Of a DNA stretch of 17,738 nucleotides, positions 1 through 10,464 are shown in pieces (the stretch's first letter is position 1; the number at the start of each line of letters is the position of its first letter). Under the pieces are notes generated by a model. That model had not been told where the DNA came from. It saw only the letters and a list, made by a program, of their open reading frames with translations, and did not search any database. Position numbers and translations under genes: made by a program. Source of the DNA: Candidatus Zixiibacteriota bacterium (GTDB lineage: Bacteria; Zixibacteria; MSB-5A5; GN15; FEB-12); the NCBI GenBank assembly GCA_041742355.1, contig JBGSIV010000160.1, forward strand, positions 1 to 17,738, written 5' to 3'.

Positions 1-1439
<1,439 letters not shown>

Positions 1440-1478
1440 GATTGTATTTCCATGTATGTACAGAGCGACTTATTCAAT

Positions 1479-1987
1479 GTCATTTCGGCGGAAGCCGGAA
1501 TCCAGTCTTTGCCTTTGCAGGTTAGGCTCATAGAAGTAACCATGTCAGGACCACGAGCGTCCTGACCTACACGAAGAGTACTCGTATTGGGCTGCCCGCA
1601 GCAGAGCTGCGGGTTACCCGTTCATTCTGTCAGGCTGCAAGCAGCCTGACCTGCACTGTGACCAATTCTCCTTCATGTCGGGTTTCTCCGCTTCGCGCCT
1701 GCGGCGCTCGCTTTGGAACCCGACCTACGACCTTCAGGATCCCTTCAGCAGAGGAGGCACGACCGCTGAAGGGTCGTGCCCTACGCTTGACCTATGTCCA
1801 TTAGCTCCCGGTATCTTCAATGTCAGGACCGCAAGGGTCCTGACCTACAAGAGGAGACTCAATTGTACGTTCCTGTGGTAGGTCAGGACCTTTATGGTCC
1901 TGACATTGACCTAAGCCAACTCTCAGATTGGCATTGTACCCGCTGTCTCGGGTTTCTCGGCGCGGTGCGCCTCGGAACCCGACCTAC
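1479..1987. repeat. Cluster of about 9 REP-like palindromes of several families (GTAG-type and one CGTC-like)
   Basis: GTCATTTCGGCGGAAGCCGGAATCCAG at 1479-1505. GTCAGG..CCTGAC-core hairpins with a GTAG/GCAG foot at 1544-1570, 1629-1654, 1822-1848 and 1878-1904. CGGGTTTC..GGAACCCGACCTAC at 1677-1728 and 1948-1987. GGCACGACC..GGTCGTGCCCTAC at 1756-1784. Hairpin at 1589-1619. Confidence 0.85.
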
Positions 1988-1991
1988 TCCC

Positions 1992-2774
1992 CTACTCCGC
2001 CCACCGCGGCTTGCGCTTGTTCAGGAAGGCGTCCATCCCCTCCTGACCCTCCTGCGAAACGCGGAGCCGCGCGATCATCTCGGCCGTGTACGGCCGGAAC
2101 TGCTCCGGCGTCATCCCCGGCACATTGCTGATGAGCGTCTTCGCCATCGCCACCGCTTCGGGACCCGAGCTGAGGATCGCGTTGATGAGCTTGTCCGCTT
2201 CTTCATCGAGCCGGTCATCATCGACCACCCGATTGACCAGCCCGACCTCGTGCGCCCGTTCGGCGTTCATTCGCTCGCCGGTGATAAACAGCTCCCGGGT
2301 CTTCCCTTCCCCCATCTTTCTGATCACGTATGGCCCGATACAGGCGGGCACGACGCCGATCTTGACCTCGGAGAACGAGAATACCGCCGACCGGGCCGCG
2401 ATCGCGATATCGCACACCGCGACAAAGCCGGTCCCGCCGCCGATGGCCGCGCCATTGATCTTGCCGATCACCGGACGCTTGCACGTGTAGATCGCCCAGA
2501 ACAGCTCGGCTAAAGCGTTCGACTCGGCGAGGTTTTCGTCGAATGTCTGCTTGATCACGCCGCGCATCCAGTTCAGATCCGCCCCGGCGCAGAACGACTT
2601 CCCCTTCCCGGTCAACACCACGACGCGGACCGATTCATCCTTCGCGATCTGCCGGAAGACATCGGTCATCTCGTGGATCACGGTCGAGTTGAAGGCGTTG
2701 TGGATCTCCGGGCGGTTGAAGGTCACCAGCGCGAGGCGATCTCTTTTCTCATAGGCAACAGTCTGGTAGTCCAT
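1992..2774 (-). CDS. Enoyl-CoA hydratase/isomerase (crotonase), probable 3-methylglutaconyl-CoA hydratase (LiuC-like)
   Basis: Motifs FNRPEIHNAF, FCAGADLNWM, GAAIGGGTG, SEVKIG and EGQEGMDAFL. Start moved to ATG 2774 (MDYQTV), preceded by an AGGAG RBS that overlaps the upstream stop. Adjacent to the MCC-type subunits. Confidence 0.88.
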   Translation of the reverse strand: MDYQTVAYEKRDRLALVTFNRPEIHNAFNSTVIHEMTDVFRQIAKDESVRVVVLTGKGKSFCAGADLNWMRGVIKQTFDENLAESNALAELFWAIYTCKRPVIGKINGAAIGGGTGFVAVCDIAIAARSAVFSFSEVKIGVVPACIGPYVIRKMGEGKTRELFITGERMNAERAHEVGLVNRVVDDDRLDEEADKLINAILSSGPEAVAMAKTLISNVPGMTPEQFRPYTAEMIARLRVSQEGQEGMDAFLNKRKPRWAE

Positions 2775-2781
2775 GCCACTC

Positions 2782-4389
2782 CTACATCCGGAACACGCCG
2801 TACTTCTGGTCGGGGATCTCGGCATTCAGCGCCGCCGAAATTCCAAGGGCCAGCGCCTGCCGGGTCTCGGTGAATCCGAGTATCCCGTCATCCCACAGCC
2901 GCGCCCCCGAATAGTACGGGGTCGACTGGCTTTCGTAGTTCTCGATAATGGGCCGGCGGATCGCGTCGATCTGCTCATTGCTCAGATTCTGCCCTTCAGC
3001 CTCGAGCTGCTTGATCTTGACCGTTGCGAGCACATCGGCCGCCTGCTCGCCGCCCATGACGCAGATCTTCGCATTCGGCCACATCCACATCATGCGCGGG
3101 AAATAGCCCCGGCCGCACATGGCGTAATTGCCGGCGCCGTAGGAGCCGCCGACCACGACCGTGAACTTGGGGACATCGGCGTTGGCCACCGCATGGACGA
3201 GCTTCGCGCCGTCGCGGGCAATCCCGCCCGCTTCGTACTGACGGCCGACAATGAAGCCGCTGATATTCTGGAGGAACAGGAGCGGGATTTTCCGTTCCGT
3301 GCACAGCTCGATAAAGTGCGCCCCTTTGAGCGAGGATTCGGAGAACAGCACACCGTTGTTTCCTAGTATGCCCACCGGGTAGCCCATGATCCGGGCGAAG
3401 CCGGTCACCAGGGTCGTGCCGTACAGCTCCTTGAATTCGTGGAACCGGGAGCCATCGACCATCCGCGCGATCACCTCGCGCACATCGAACGGCTTTCGGA
3501 TATCGCTCGACACCACGCCGTACAGCTCTTCGGGGTCGTAGTACGGGTCCTCCGGTTCGGAGCGGTCGATGAAGAACTTTTCGCGACGGTTGAGGTTTTG
3601 CACGATGTTCCGGGCGATCTGGATAGCGTGTTCGTCGTTCATCGCGTAGTGATCGGAGACGCCCGAGGTGCGGCAGTGGACATCGGCCCCGCCCAAGTCC
3701 TCGGCCGACACCACTTCGCCGGTCGCCGCTTTCACCAGCGGCGGCCCGCCGATAAAGATCGTGCTCTGCTTGCGGACCATGATCGTTTCGTCCGACATCG
3801 CCGGGAGGTACGCGCCGCCGGCCGTGCAGGAGCCCATAACCACCGAGATCTGCGTGATCCCCTTGGCCGACATCCGCGCCTGGTTGTAGAATATCCGCCC
3901 GAAGTGATCCTTGTCGGGGAATGTCCCCGATTGCAGCGGCAGGAAAATGCCGCCCGAGTCCACGAGGTAGACACACGGCAGGTGGTTTTCCTCGGCGATC
4001 CGCTGCGCCCGGGCGTGTTTGAGGATCGTCATCGGGTAGTACGTTCCGCCTTTGACCGTGGCGTCGTTGACAATGACCATCACTTCGCGGCCGTGGACAA
4101 GTCCCACGCCGGTGATGATTCCGGCCGCCGGGGCGTCGTTGTCGTACATGTCGTACGCCGCCAGCGGGCTCAGTTCCAAGAATGGCGTGTTCTTGTCCAG
4201 CAGGCGGGCCAGGCGCTCGCGCGGGAGCAGTTTGCCGCGTTCCGTGTGGCGCTGGCGTGATTTTTCCGGACCGCCCAGTTTCACCTGTTCGAGGCGCTCC
4301 TTAAACATGCGGTGGGCGGCGGCGTTCATTTCGCAGTTGGTGCGAAATGTCTCCGAGTGGGTGTCGATCTTGGTCTCGATACGAAACAT
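2782..4389 (-). CDS. 3-methylcrotonyl-CoA carboxylase beta (carboxyltransferase) subunit, LiuB/MccB-like
   Basis: 535 aa with [52 protein letters not shown] and ARLWDDG, typical of MCC-beta. Confidence 0.92.
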   Translation of the reverse strand: MFRIETKIDTHSETFRTNCEMNAAAHRMFKERLEQVKLGGPEKSRQRHTERGKLLPRERLARLLDKNTPFLELSPLAAYDMYDNDAPAAGIITGVGLVHGREVMVIVNDATVKGGTYYPMTILKHARAQRIAEENHLPCVYLVDSGGIFLPLQSGTFPDKDHFGRIFYNQARMSAKGITQISVVMGSCTAGGAYLPAMSDETIMVRKQSTIFIGGPPLVKAATGEVVSAEDLGGADVHCRTSGVSDHYAMNDEHAIQIARNIVQNLNRREKFFIDRSEPEDPYYDPEELYGVVSSDIRKPFDVREVIARMVDGSRFHEFKELYGTTLVTGFARIMGYPVGILGNNGVLFSESSLKGAHFIELCTERKIPLLFLQNISGFIVGRQYEAGGIARDGAKLVHAVANADVPKFTVVVGGSYGAGNYAMCGRGYFPRMMWMWPNAKICVMGGEQAADVLATVKIKQLEAEGQNLSNEQIDAIRRPIIENYESQSTPYYSGARLWDDGILGFTETRQALALGISAALNAEIPDQKYGVFRM

Positions 4390-4411
4390 GCTTCTCTATT
4401 CCCCTGTCGCA

Positions 4412-6205
4412 CTACATTGTTTTCAACAGTGATTGCGGCACCCGCAGCTTCATCTGCAGGAGCGCCTGGGCCAGCGTTTTCCCCTGCGGGTCGATCATGA
4501 GCGACCGCGTCCCGCCGCCGCCCAGAGTTTCCTCCAGGAGGAAATTCAACCCGAGCAGGTTGTCCAGTTCGAACCGGACCACTTTGCCGCGTGTGATACC
4601 GGTAAAGAACTCCCGCACGTGCTCGGCGGTCAGGTGTTCGACCAGCCACTCGTAGATTTCCGGCGACCGGGCCAGGACGCCGACGTTGCAAGTGTCGCCT
4701 TTGTCGCCCGACCGCGCGTAGCAGATGTCCTCCAGACGGATCTCCATCGGTCGGCCGGCCGGTTTCCGCCCGGCCTTGCGTTTGATCGGCGGCTCTTTCG
4801 CTTCGCTTCGCTGCGATTGCACCCGCACCGGGAAGGTGATCTCGTAGAATGATTCCTGGCCGTCGGTTCCGACCACCAGCACCTTGGCTTTCACCCGGCT
4901 GCGGTGGATGAGGGCCGGCCAGTAGGCGACCACGCTCGATGGTTTCGGCCGTCCGCCGGTGGTCACGGCCATGCCCGCCGGGCCGGAGAGGATCAGGGTC
5001 GGCAGCGCTTTGCCGAAATCCCGGACCTTCTCGAAACTCTGGTCGAGCACCGAGAATCGCAGGAGGACTTCGCTCGTATCATCGGTCGCGAACGCTCGGG
5101 GCCAGATCGACCCGGTTCCGATCACTTCGGTCCGCGTCGCTTCATACTTGTGCCGCAATTTCGCCCAGAGGATATCGGCGATGACTTTTGCCTTGTCGCA
5201 CGCATGCGGCCCCGATACCAGCACCGATCCGGAGGACTTCCATCCGTCGTCGTACGACATCGAGACTTTCAGGTGATCCGGTTCCGGCTTGCCCTTGATC
5301 CCCCACACCTTCACCCGATCCTTGCCGATCTGCTTGAGTTGAATCGAATCGAATCGCGCGATGCCGTCGGGGGAGATGTAGTTCGAGGGATCCCCCATTT
5401 CGTACACGAGCTGTTCTTTGACCGTTTTTTCGGAGACCAGTCCGCCGGTTTTCTTGTGTTTGGTGACGACGAACTCGCCGGTGGAGTCCATCTCGATAAT
5501 CGGGTAGCCGATATTGTGGAAGCTCTTAACTTCCCGCCAGTCGGTGATATTGCCGCCGGAGCCCTGCGCCCCGCACTCGATAATGTGCCCGGCGATAATC
5601 CCGGCCGCCATCTTGTCCCAGTCGTCCATCGCCCAGCCGAATTCGTGGATCATCGGCGCAAGGGTGATCCCGGTGTCGGTCACACGGCCGGTCACGATGA
5701 TCTGGCAGCCGGCATCGAGCGCTTTGACCACCGGCTCGGCCCCGAGGTAGATATTGGCCGAGGTGATCCGGGAGCGGTAGCTGAAGAAGCTCTCCCCCGT
5801 CTCGAGGTTGCTGAACTTCTCCCCGGCCGCGGTCAGTTCGTAGAGCTGGTTGACGATGTCGTCGCCGTACACGATTCCGACCTTGATATCCAGCCCCATC
5901 GATCGCGCCATTTCGATAATCTTGCGCCCCATGCCGATCGGGTTGATCCCGCCGGCGTTGGAAATGACCCGCACCTTCTTTTTGACAATCAGGGGGAGGC
6001 ACTCGCGGAGTTGGTCGAGAAAGTCGACGGCATAGCCGAGGTCGGGGCTGGACTTGCGCTGGCGCTGGAGGATCGACATCGTGATCTCGGCCAGGAAGTC
6101 CATAGTGATGTAGTCGAGGGGGCCGCCGGTGAGCTGGCGTTTGAGGGCGTCGAGGTCATCCCCCCAGTAGCCGCCGGCGTTGCCGATACGAATTGTCTTT
6201 TTCAA
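4412..6205 (-). CDS. Acyclic terpene utilization AtuA-family (DUF1446) protein with fused C-terminal domain
   Basis: IRIGNAGGYWGD, DFLAEITMS, SNAGGINP, TGRVTD, AGHIIECGAQ and EQLVYE, plus C-terminal ARSGDKGD..N and DPQGK motifs. Likely start is TTG 6205 (MKKTIRIG) with GGAAAGG upstream; the ORF track starts at 6223. Confidence 0.88.
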   Translation of the reverse strand: MKKTIRIGNAGGYWGDDLDALKRQLTGGPLDYITMDFLAEITMSILQRQRKSSPDLGYAVDFLDQLRECLPLIVKKKVRVISNAGGINPIGMGRKIIEMARSMGLDIKVGIVYGDDIVNQLYELTAAGEKFSNLETGESFFSYRSRITSANIYLGAEPVVKALDAGCQIIVTGRVTDTGITLAPMIHEFGWAMDDWDKMAAGIIAGHIIECGAQGSGGNITDWREVKSFHNIGYPIIEMDSTGEFVVTKHKKTGGLVSEKTVKEQLVYEMGDPSNYISPDGIARFDSIQLKQIGKDRVKVWGIKGKPEPDHLKVSMSYDDGWKSSGSVLVSGPHACDKAKVIADILWAKLRHKYEATRTEVIGTGSIWPRAFATDDTSEVLLRFSVLDQSFEKVRDFGKALPTLILSGPAGMAVTTGGRPKPSSVVAYWPALIHRSRVKAKVLVVGTDGQESFYEITFPVRVQSQRSEAKEPPIKRKAGRKPAGRPMEIRLEDICYARSGDKGDTCNVGVLARSPEIYEWLVEHLTAEHVREFFTGITRGKVVRFELDNLLGLNFLLEETLGGGGTRSLMIDPQGKTLAQALLQMKLRVPQSLLKTM

Positions 6206-6267
6206 ATGTCCGGGCCTTTCCAAATGTGACAGTCCGGCGCGAGGGCCGTCCGATTCTGCGAAAGGCC

Positions 6268-6296
6268 AATATAGGGGGTGACAAACCGTTTGTAAA
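6268..6296 (-). promoter_or_regulatory. Sigma70-like promoter for the atuA cluster with an overlapping inverted repeat
   Basis: Minus strand TTTACA-17 bp-TATATT. Palindrome ACAAAC-C-GTTTGT at 6281-6293 overlaps the spacer and -35. Confidence 0.6.
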
Positions 6297-6313
6297 GGGG
6301 GCGAAACCGGCCT

Positions 6314-6346
6314 AAAAGACCGCGGTCGGACCGGGGAGGCCCGACC
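6314..6346 (-). terminator. Possible intrinsic terminator downstream of the 6393-7379 gene
   Basis: Minus strand hairpin CGGTCGGGCC-TCCCC-GGTCCGACCG, followed by CGGTCTTTT. Confidence 0.4.
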
Positions 6347-6392
6347 GTCGGCTCACACCATTGTCGCACAGTCCCCGGTCTTCAGTCGGCGG

Positions 6393-7379
6393 TCATGCCG
6401 TCGCCGCCCGGCAGAACCAATCCGCTGCCTGCCGAAGCAGTTCCACCGGCGGCGTTTCTGTGCAGGAGGCCCGCTCGTAAAACGGCAGCAGGCGCTTCTG
6501 ATCGAATCCGTTCAGGTCGTACGCCAGCGTCTGCAAGCCGAGCACCCGGCGGTTATAGAACATCGCCATCACCTCATAGGCCCCGTACAACTTCGGCCAG
6601 TCGTACTTCTCGTCGTTTGACAAAGTTAGCACCGAATCGATCAGGAGGTGGGTGCCGATCTCATGGCTGATCAACTGCCAGGTTCGATCAAACGGCTTGT
6701 CGTAGAATATCAGGTTGCCGTTGTAGCCGAGCGAATTGTAGTCCGGGCCCCCCTTGTTGGCGAAGCATACCACGATCTCGTAGACGGGGGCGCGAAAGCA
6801 GAGCTTCAGGTGATTTTCCCACAGGGCGATGTAGTCCTGTGTGTCAAAATGGCGGGTGAGTTCCTCGACCCGGGGCGACATGGCCGCCTGGGCCTCCGGC
6901 CAGACCTCCGCCACATACCGGTCATAGGCCCGCAGGTAGATGCCGGCCAGATCGGCCAAGACCGATCGCAGCCTCGAAGTGTCGTTGGGGAACTCCCAGC
7001 GATCGAGCGACGGCCCGACCATCGGGTCCGACCAGTTCATGTGGGGGAACGCTTTCCGGATGGGCGCGAAATTTCGCTCGGACAGCGTTGTGTCCAGGGC
7101 TTCGAAGTAGGCGGAGAAGTCCTCCCGCGCCTCCAAATGCAGCCAGCCCGCAAAGGTCGAGAAGAACGCCGCGAGGTCTCCTCCCGCGCCGCTGCCGAAC
7201 CGCAACAGCTCCGCATGGCACTTCAAGTGCGCCAGGTCCGACGGCTCTATGGTATGCTCGTACCGATCCGCGTAGTCCGAGTTGTAGCCGATCCTCGCCG
7301 CTGCCAGCATGTGCCACAGGAAGTTGGGGCCGAGGCGGGTGGTGAACTGGATCGGTTTGATGACTCGAGGGTACATCAT
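6393..7379 (-). CDS. Hypothetical protein, possible zinc metallopeptidase (HExxxH)
   Basis: 328 aa ORF with AGGGAGG RBS. Contains ISHEIGTHLL and a downstream YEVMAMFYN helix. Confidence 0.75.
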   Translation of the reverse strand: MMYPRVIKPIQFTTRLGPNFLWHMLAAARIGYNSDYADRYEHTIEPSDLAHLKCHAELLRFGSGAGGDLAAFFSTFAGWLHLEAREDFSAYFEALDTTLSERNFAPIRKAFPHMNWSDPMVGPSLDRWEFPNDTSRLRSVLADLAGIYLRAYDRYVAEVWPEAQAAMSPRVEELTRHFDTQDYIALWENHLKLCFRAPVYEIVVCFANKGGPDYNSLGYNGNLIFYDKPFDRTWQLISHEIGTHLLIDSVLTLSNDEKYDWPKLYGAYEVMAMFYNRRVLGLQTLAYDLNGFDQKRLLPFYERASCTETPPVELLRQAADWFCRAATA

Positions 7380-7449
7380 GAAACCTCCCTTGCATCAAGA
7401 CCACTCTTCCCCGCCGCATTCCTGTAACACCGCCGCGGCCGCGGACGTT

Positions 7450-7953
7450 CTACTGAATGTCGTACATGTCGGTGTCGTCCTCTTCGAATTCTTCGAAATC
7501 GGTCGCCATCATTTGGGCCTGCATGTACTTATCAAACCACGGCGCTTTGAGCGAGGCCTGGTAGACCATGTTCTCGAAGTGGAACATCAGGCCGATATGG
7601 CCGATCTCGCCGTCGTACGGCTGCAGTTCGTTGAGCAGCTTGGTCAATTCGATCCAGTGTTCCGGAAAAGAGTCATCCTGCACGTACTCCGCGTCTTCCC
7701 GGAGTTCTTCCATGTCGACCGTGTCGTAGTCGTACACCAGGGCCTTCACGCCGATGCTCTGGGCGAACCGGAAGAATTCGCGCCATTCGTTGTTTTCGCC
7801 CGATTTCCAGGCGATGCGCGGGAAGCCGGACTCGAAGTCGCTGACGCCGACCATTCGTCCGCGAATGAGGGCAAGGCCGAAGGCGGCCGCTTCTTTCTGG
7901 ATTGCCGCGAGGGCTTCGTTGGTATCTTTGACCACAGCGCCAAAGTGCTGCAT
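7450..7953 (-). CDS. Hypothetical acidic protein
   Basis: 167 aa from ATG 7953 (MQHFGAVV) with a GGAAAGGA RBS. Protein-like composition with an acidic tail; no family recognised. Confidence 0.75.
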   Translation of the reverse strand: MQHFGAVVKDTNEALAAIQKEAAAFGLALIRGRMVGVSDFESGFPRIAWKSGENNEWREFFRFAQSIGVKALVYDYDTVDMEELREDAEYVQDDSFPEHWIELTKLLNELQPYDGEIGHIGLMFHFENMVYQASLKAPWFDKYMQAQMMATDFEEFEEDDTDMYDIQ

Positions 7954-8053
7954 GGAGGTGTTCCTTTCCGTTCCTGGCCTTTGCTTTTCGCCTAGGGATA
8001 GCACTTTTGATACGCAGGGTCAAGGGGGAATGTGGGAGTGGGAGCAGGTTAGG

Positions 8054-8196
8054 GTGCTGTCAGGTGAGGGCACCTGACAGCACGGCAAAGTGCCGTCAGG
8101 CGAGGACACCTGACATCGCGGCAAAGTGCCGTCAGGCGACCCCGCCTGACGGCGCGGTGCACTTCTGTGCTGTCGGGCGACCCCGCCTGACAGACT
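8054..8196. repeat. REP array downstream of the RAYT: four 30-bp palindromes
   Basis: GTGCYGTCRGGYG-N4-CRCCTGAC... at 8054, 8090, 8126 and 8167. Linker GGCAAA occurs twice. The first copy is a perfect 13-bp stem. Confidence 0.9.
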
Positions 8197-8200
8197 CCTC

Positions 8201-8674
8201 TTATAACCTCGGATCGACGAAAGGAGATGTTTCTCCTGTCGACCACTCGCGCGCCGACGAATACTGGTAATCTTCTGGCCGGCAGACGAGTCCTGCCCGC
8301 ACTGGATTGTTGTGCATGTAAGCGAGCTTCACGGATAGCTGCTTCTCGGAGTACAGCGCGACATCGTCAAAGCGAGGCATCCAAATTCCATGACGGTCCG
8401 GAAACATCATTCGCGAGGAGAGTGATTTGATGTCTCGCACCATGTCAGAGAGTATGGGCCCGCCGCCCTCAACCCAGACGACCATGTGGAAGTGGTTGGG
8501 CATCAGCACGTATCCGTACAGGCGACCGTCTCGCTGGCTCACAGCTTTCACGATTATTTCGCGAAGCTGGGAGAGTCTATCGTCAGTATCAAAAATCTGC
8601 TCCCATCCTCGGACAGTCGTAGTGACGAAGAAGGTTGTTTGATCGGTTGATGTCGACCGCCCGCGAAGTCCCAT
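8201..8674 (-). mobile_element. REP-associated tyrosine transposase (RAYT / TnpA-REP, Y1 HUH family)
   Basis: 157 aa with FFVTTT, YGYVLMPNHFH (HUH), W..RFDD, YMHNNPVRAGLV (catalytic Tyr) and YQYSSA. Flanked on both sides by palindrome arrays; no tnpB. Confidence 0.92.
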
Positions 8675-8703
8675 ATGATCACCGTGTGCCCAACAGCCTA
8701 AAC

Positions 8704-8885
8704 ATGCTGTCAGGCGGGGTCGCCTGACAGCACACTTTCATCATCAACGGTATGTGGTGTCAGGTGGAGACGCCTGACAGCACACTTTCATCATCAACGG
8801 TATGTGGTGTCAGGTGAGGACACCTGACAGCACACTTTCATCAAAGCAGCGTATGGTGGTGTCAGGCGAGGTCGCCTGACACCAC
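8704..8885. repeat. REP array upstream of the RAYT: four 30-bp palindromes at 50/50/52-bp period
   Basis: RTGSTGTCAGGYG-N4-CRCCTGACASCAC at 8704, 8754, 8804 and 8856. Separated by ACTTTCATCATCAACGGTAT (twice identical) and one variant linker. Confidence 0.92.
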
Positions 8886-8890
8886 ATTCC

Positions 8891-9292
8891 TTACCACCAC
8901 TTCGGGACGAACTTGTACGCGTAGCTCAGCACGCCGTGATGGTCCTCGGTCTGGACCCGGCGGAACTCGACCCGGACATCCATCCCGATCGTGACTTTGT
9001 CCACGTCGACATCAGTCATCTGCCCGAACACTTTCGCGCCGTCGGTCAGTTCGACAATCGCCAGCGCGTAGGGCGACATATCCCCCCACTGCGACGGCGC
9101 CACGCGCACGACCGTGTAGGTCACGACCTTCCCGAGATCGGGCAGGCGGACCATCTCGGCCTCGCAGTCACCCGTTTCGGGATCGATCGACCGCGGCGGG
9201 AAGTACGTCTTGCCGCTCTTCTTGAACTTGACGGCTTCCATGCGGTACCGCTGCGGGTACTCGCGCCAGTTACGTGAGCTGAACATCGTCAT
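8891..9292 (-). CDS. DUF35 / OB-fold scaffold protein (thiolase-HMGCS complex partner) with degenerate Zn ribbon
   Basis: WREYPQRYRM, YFPPR, GKVVTYTVV, PYALAIVEL, IGMDVRVEFRR and YAYKFVP. ATG 9292 overlaps the thiolase stop (TGATG) and has a GGAGG RBS. Confidence 0.9.
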   Translation of the reverse strand: MTMFSSRNWREYPQRYRMEAVKFKKSGKTYFPPRSIDPETGDCEAEMVRLPDLGKVVTYTVVRVAPSQWGDMSPYALAIVELTDGAKVFGQMTDVDVDKVTIGMDVRVEFRRVQTEDHHGVLSYAYKFVPKWW

Positions 9293-10452
9293 CACGCCAC
9301 CTCCAGGATGTGGACGACCGACGAACCGCCGGAGCCGCCCATGTTCTGCGCCATGCCGACCTTCAGATCTTTCTTGACCTGGCGGCCGGTCTCGGCCTGC
9401 CGGGTCAGCTGCTTGTAGATTTCGACAATCTGCGCAATCCCCGTCGCGCCGACCGGGTGCCCCTTGGACTTCAGGCCGCCCGACGTATTGACCGGGAACT
9501 TGCCGTCAAGCCCCGTCTCGCCCGCCAGCGTACCCGGGCCGGCACATCCCGGCTCGTACACGCCGATTGATTCGAGCACGATCAGTTCGGCGATCGTGAA
9601 GCAGTCGTGCACCTCGGCGAACTGGATATCCTTGATCGTCCGGCCCGCCATCTTGAGCGCGCGCGCCGACGCCAAAGTTGCCGCCTTGATCGTGGTGAGA
9701 TCGGCCCGTTGCGCCAACTGGATTGTGTCGGTCGCCGCGCCGGAGCCGAGGATTTTCACATACGGCTTGCCGAGCTTTTTCGCGACCTCTTCGGTGCAAA
9801 CGATCGCGCAGGCCGCGCCGTCGGTGATCGGCGAGCAGTCGAGGATGCGCAGCGGATCCGCCACCATCACCGAGCTCTCCACCGTCTCCGGCTTGATCTT
9901 GAACGGGTACTGCGCGTTCGGGTTCATCGACCCGTTGTGGTGGTTCTTGACCGCCACCGCCGACAACATCGACCGGGTCGTCTTATACTTCGCCATGTGG
10001 GCGTGGGCCATCATCGCGTACAGCCCCGGAAAGGTCGCGCCGTGGAATACTTCGTACTCCTGGTCGGCCGCGGTCGCGAGGGCCGCCGTGGCGTCATCGC
10101 CGGAGCAGTCGGTCATTTTTTCGACGCCGCCGGCCAGGACGATATCGGCCGCGCCGGAGGCCACTTCGAAGAAAGCCGCGCGGAACGCCATGCCGCCCGA
10201 GGCGCAGGCGCTTTCGACGCGCATCGCCGGTAGGCCCGGCATACCGATATAGTCGGCCATCAGGGAGCCGAGGTGCTCCTGCTGGGCGAACAATCCGCCC
10301 GACATGCAACCGACATAGAGTGAGTCGATATGATCGACTCCTGATTTCGCTATTGCATCAAGCGCGGCGTCGGCAAACAGCTGGCGCAGAGATTTCCGCC
10401 AGACTTCGCCCCATTGGCTCATGCCGACTCCGGCTACACATACGGTTTTCAT
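9292..10452 (-). CDS. Archaeal-type acetyl-CoA acetyltransferase (acetoacetyl-CoA thiolase)
   Basis: VESACASGG (catalytic Cys), [38 protein letters not shown] and NMGGSG. ATG 10452 lies 8 nt after AGGAGG. Confidence 0.92.
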   Translation of the reverse strand: MKTVCVAGVGMSQWGEVWRKSLRQLFADAALDAIAKSGVDHIDSLYVGCMSGGLFAQQEHLGSLMADYIGMPGLPAMRVESACASGGMAFRAAFFEVASGAADIVLAGGVEKMTDCSGDDATAALATAADQEYEVFHGATFPGLYAMMAHAHMAKYKTTRSMLSAVAVKNHHNGSMNPNAQYPFKIKPETVESSVMVADPLRILDCSPITDGAACAIVCTEEVAKKLGKPYVKILGSGAATDTIQLAQRADLTTIKAATLASARALKMAGRTIKDIQFAEVHDCFTIAELIVLESIGVYEPGCAGPGTLAGETGLDGKFPVNTSGGLKSKGHPVGATGIAQIVEIYKQLTRQAETGRQVKKDLKVGMAQNMGGSGGSSVVHILEVA

Positions 10453-10464
10453 TCTTTCCACCTC

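Noticed and set aside
7995..8023. Promoter TTGACC-17 bp-TATCCC for the 7953 gene
   Set aside because: The -10 element lacks the conserved final T. Plausible, but too weak to call.
8201..8674. IS200/IS605 insertion sequence
   Set aside because: NPVRAGLV and YSS motifs plus multi-copy flanking palindromes indicate the RAYT clade. There is no tnpB and no single left/right-end hairpin pair.
8704..8885. CRISPR-like array (30-bp palindromic repeat at regular spacing)
   Set aside because: The spacers are only 20-22 bp and identical or near-identical, the repeats vary in the loop, there are no cas genes, and the array flanks a RAYT. It is a REP array.
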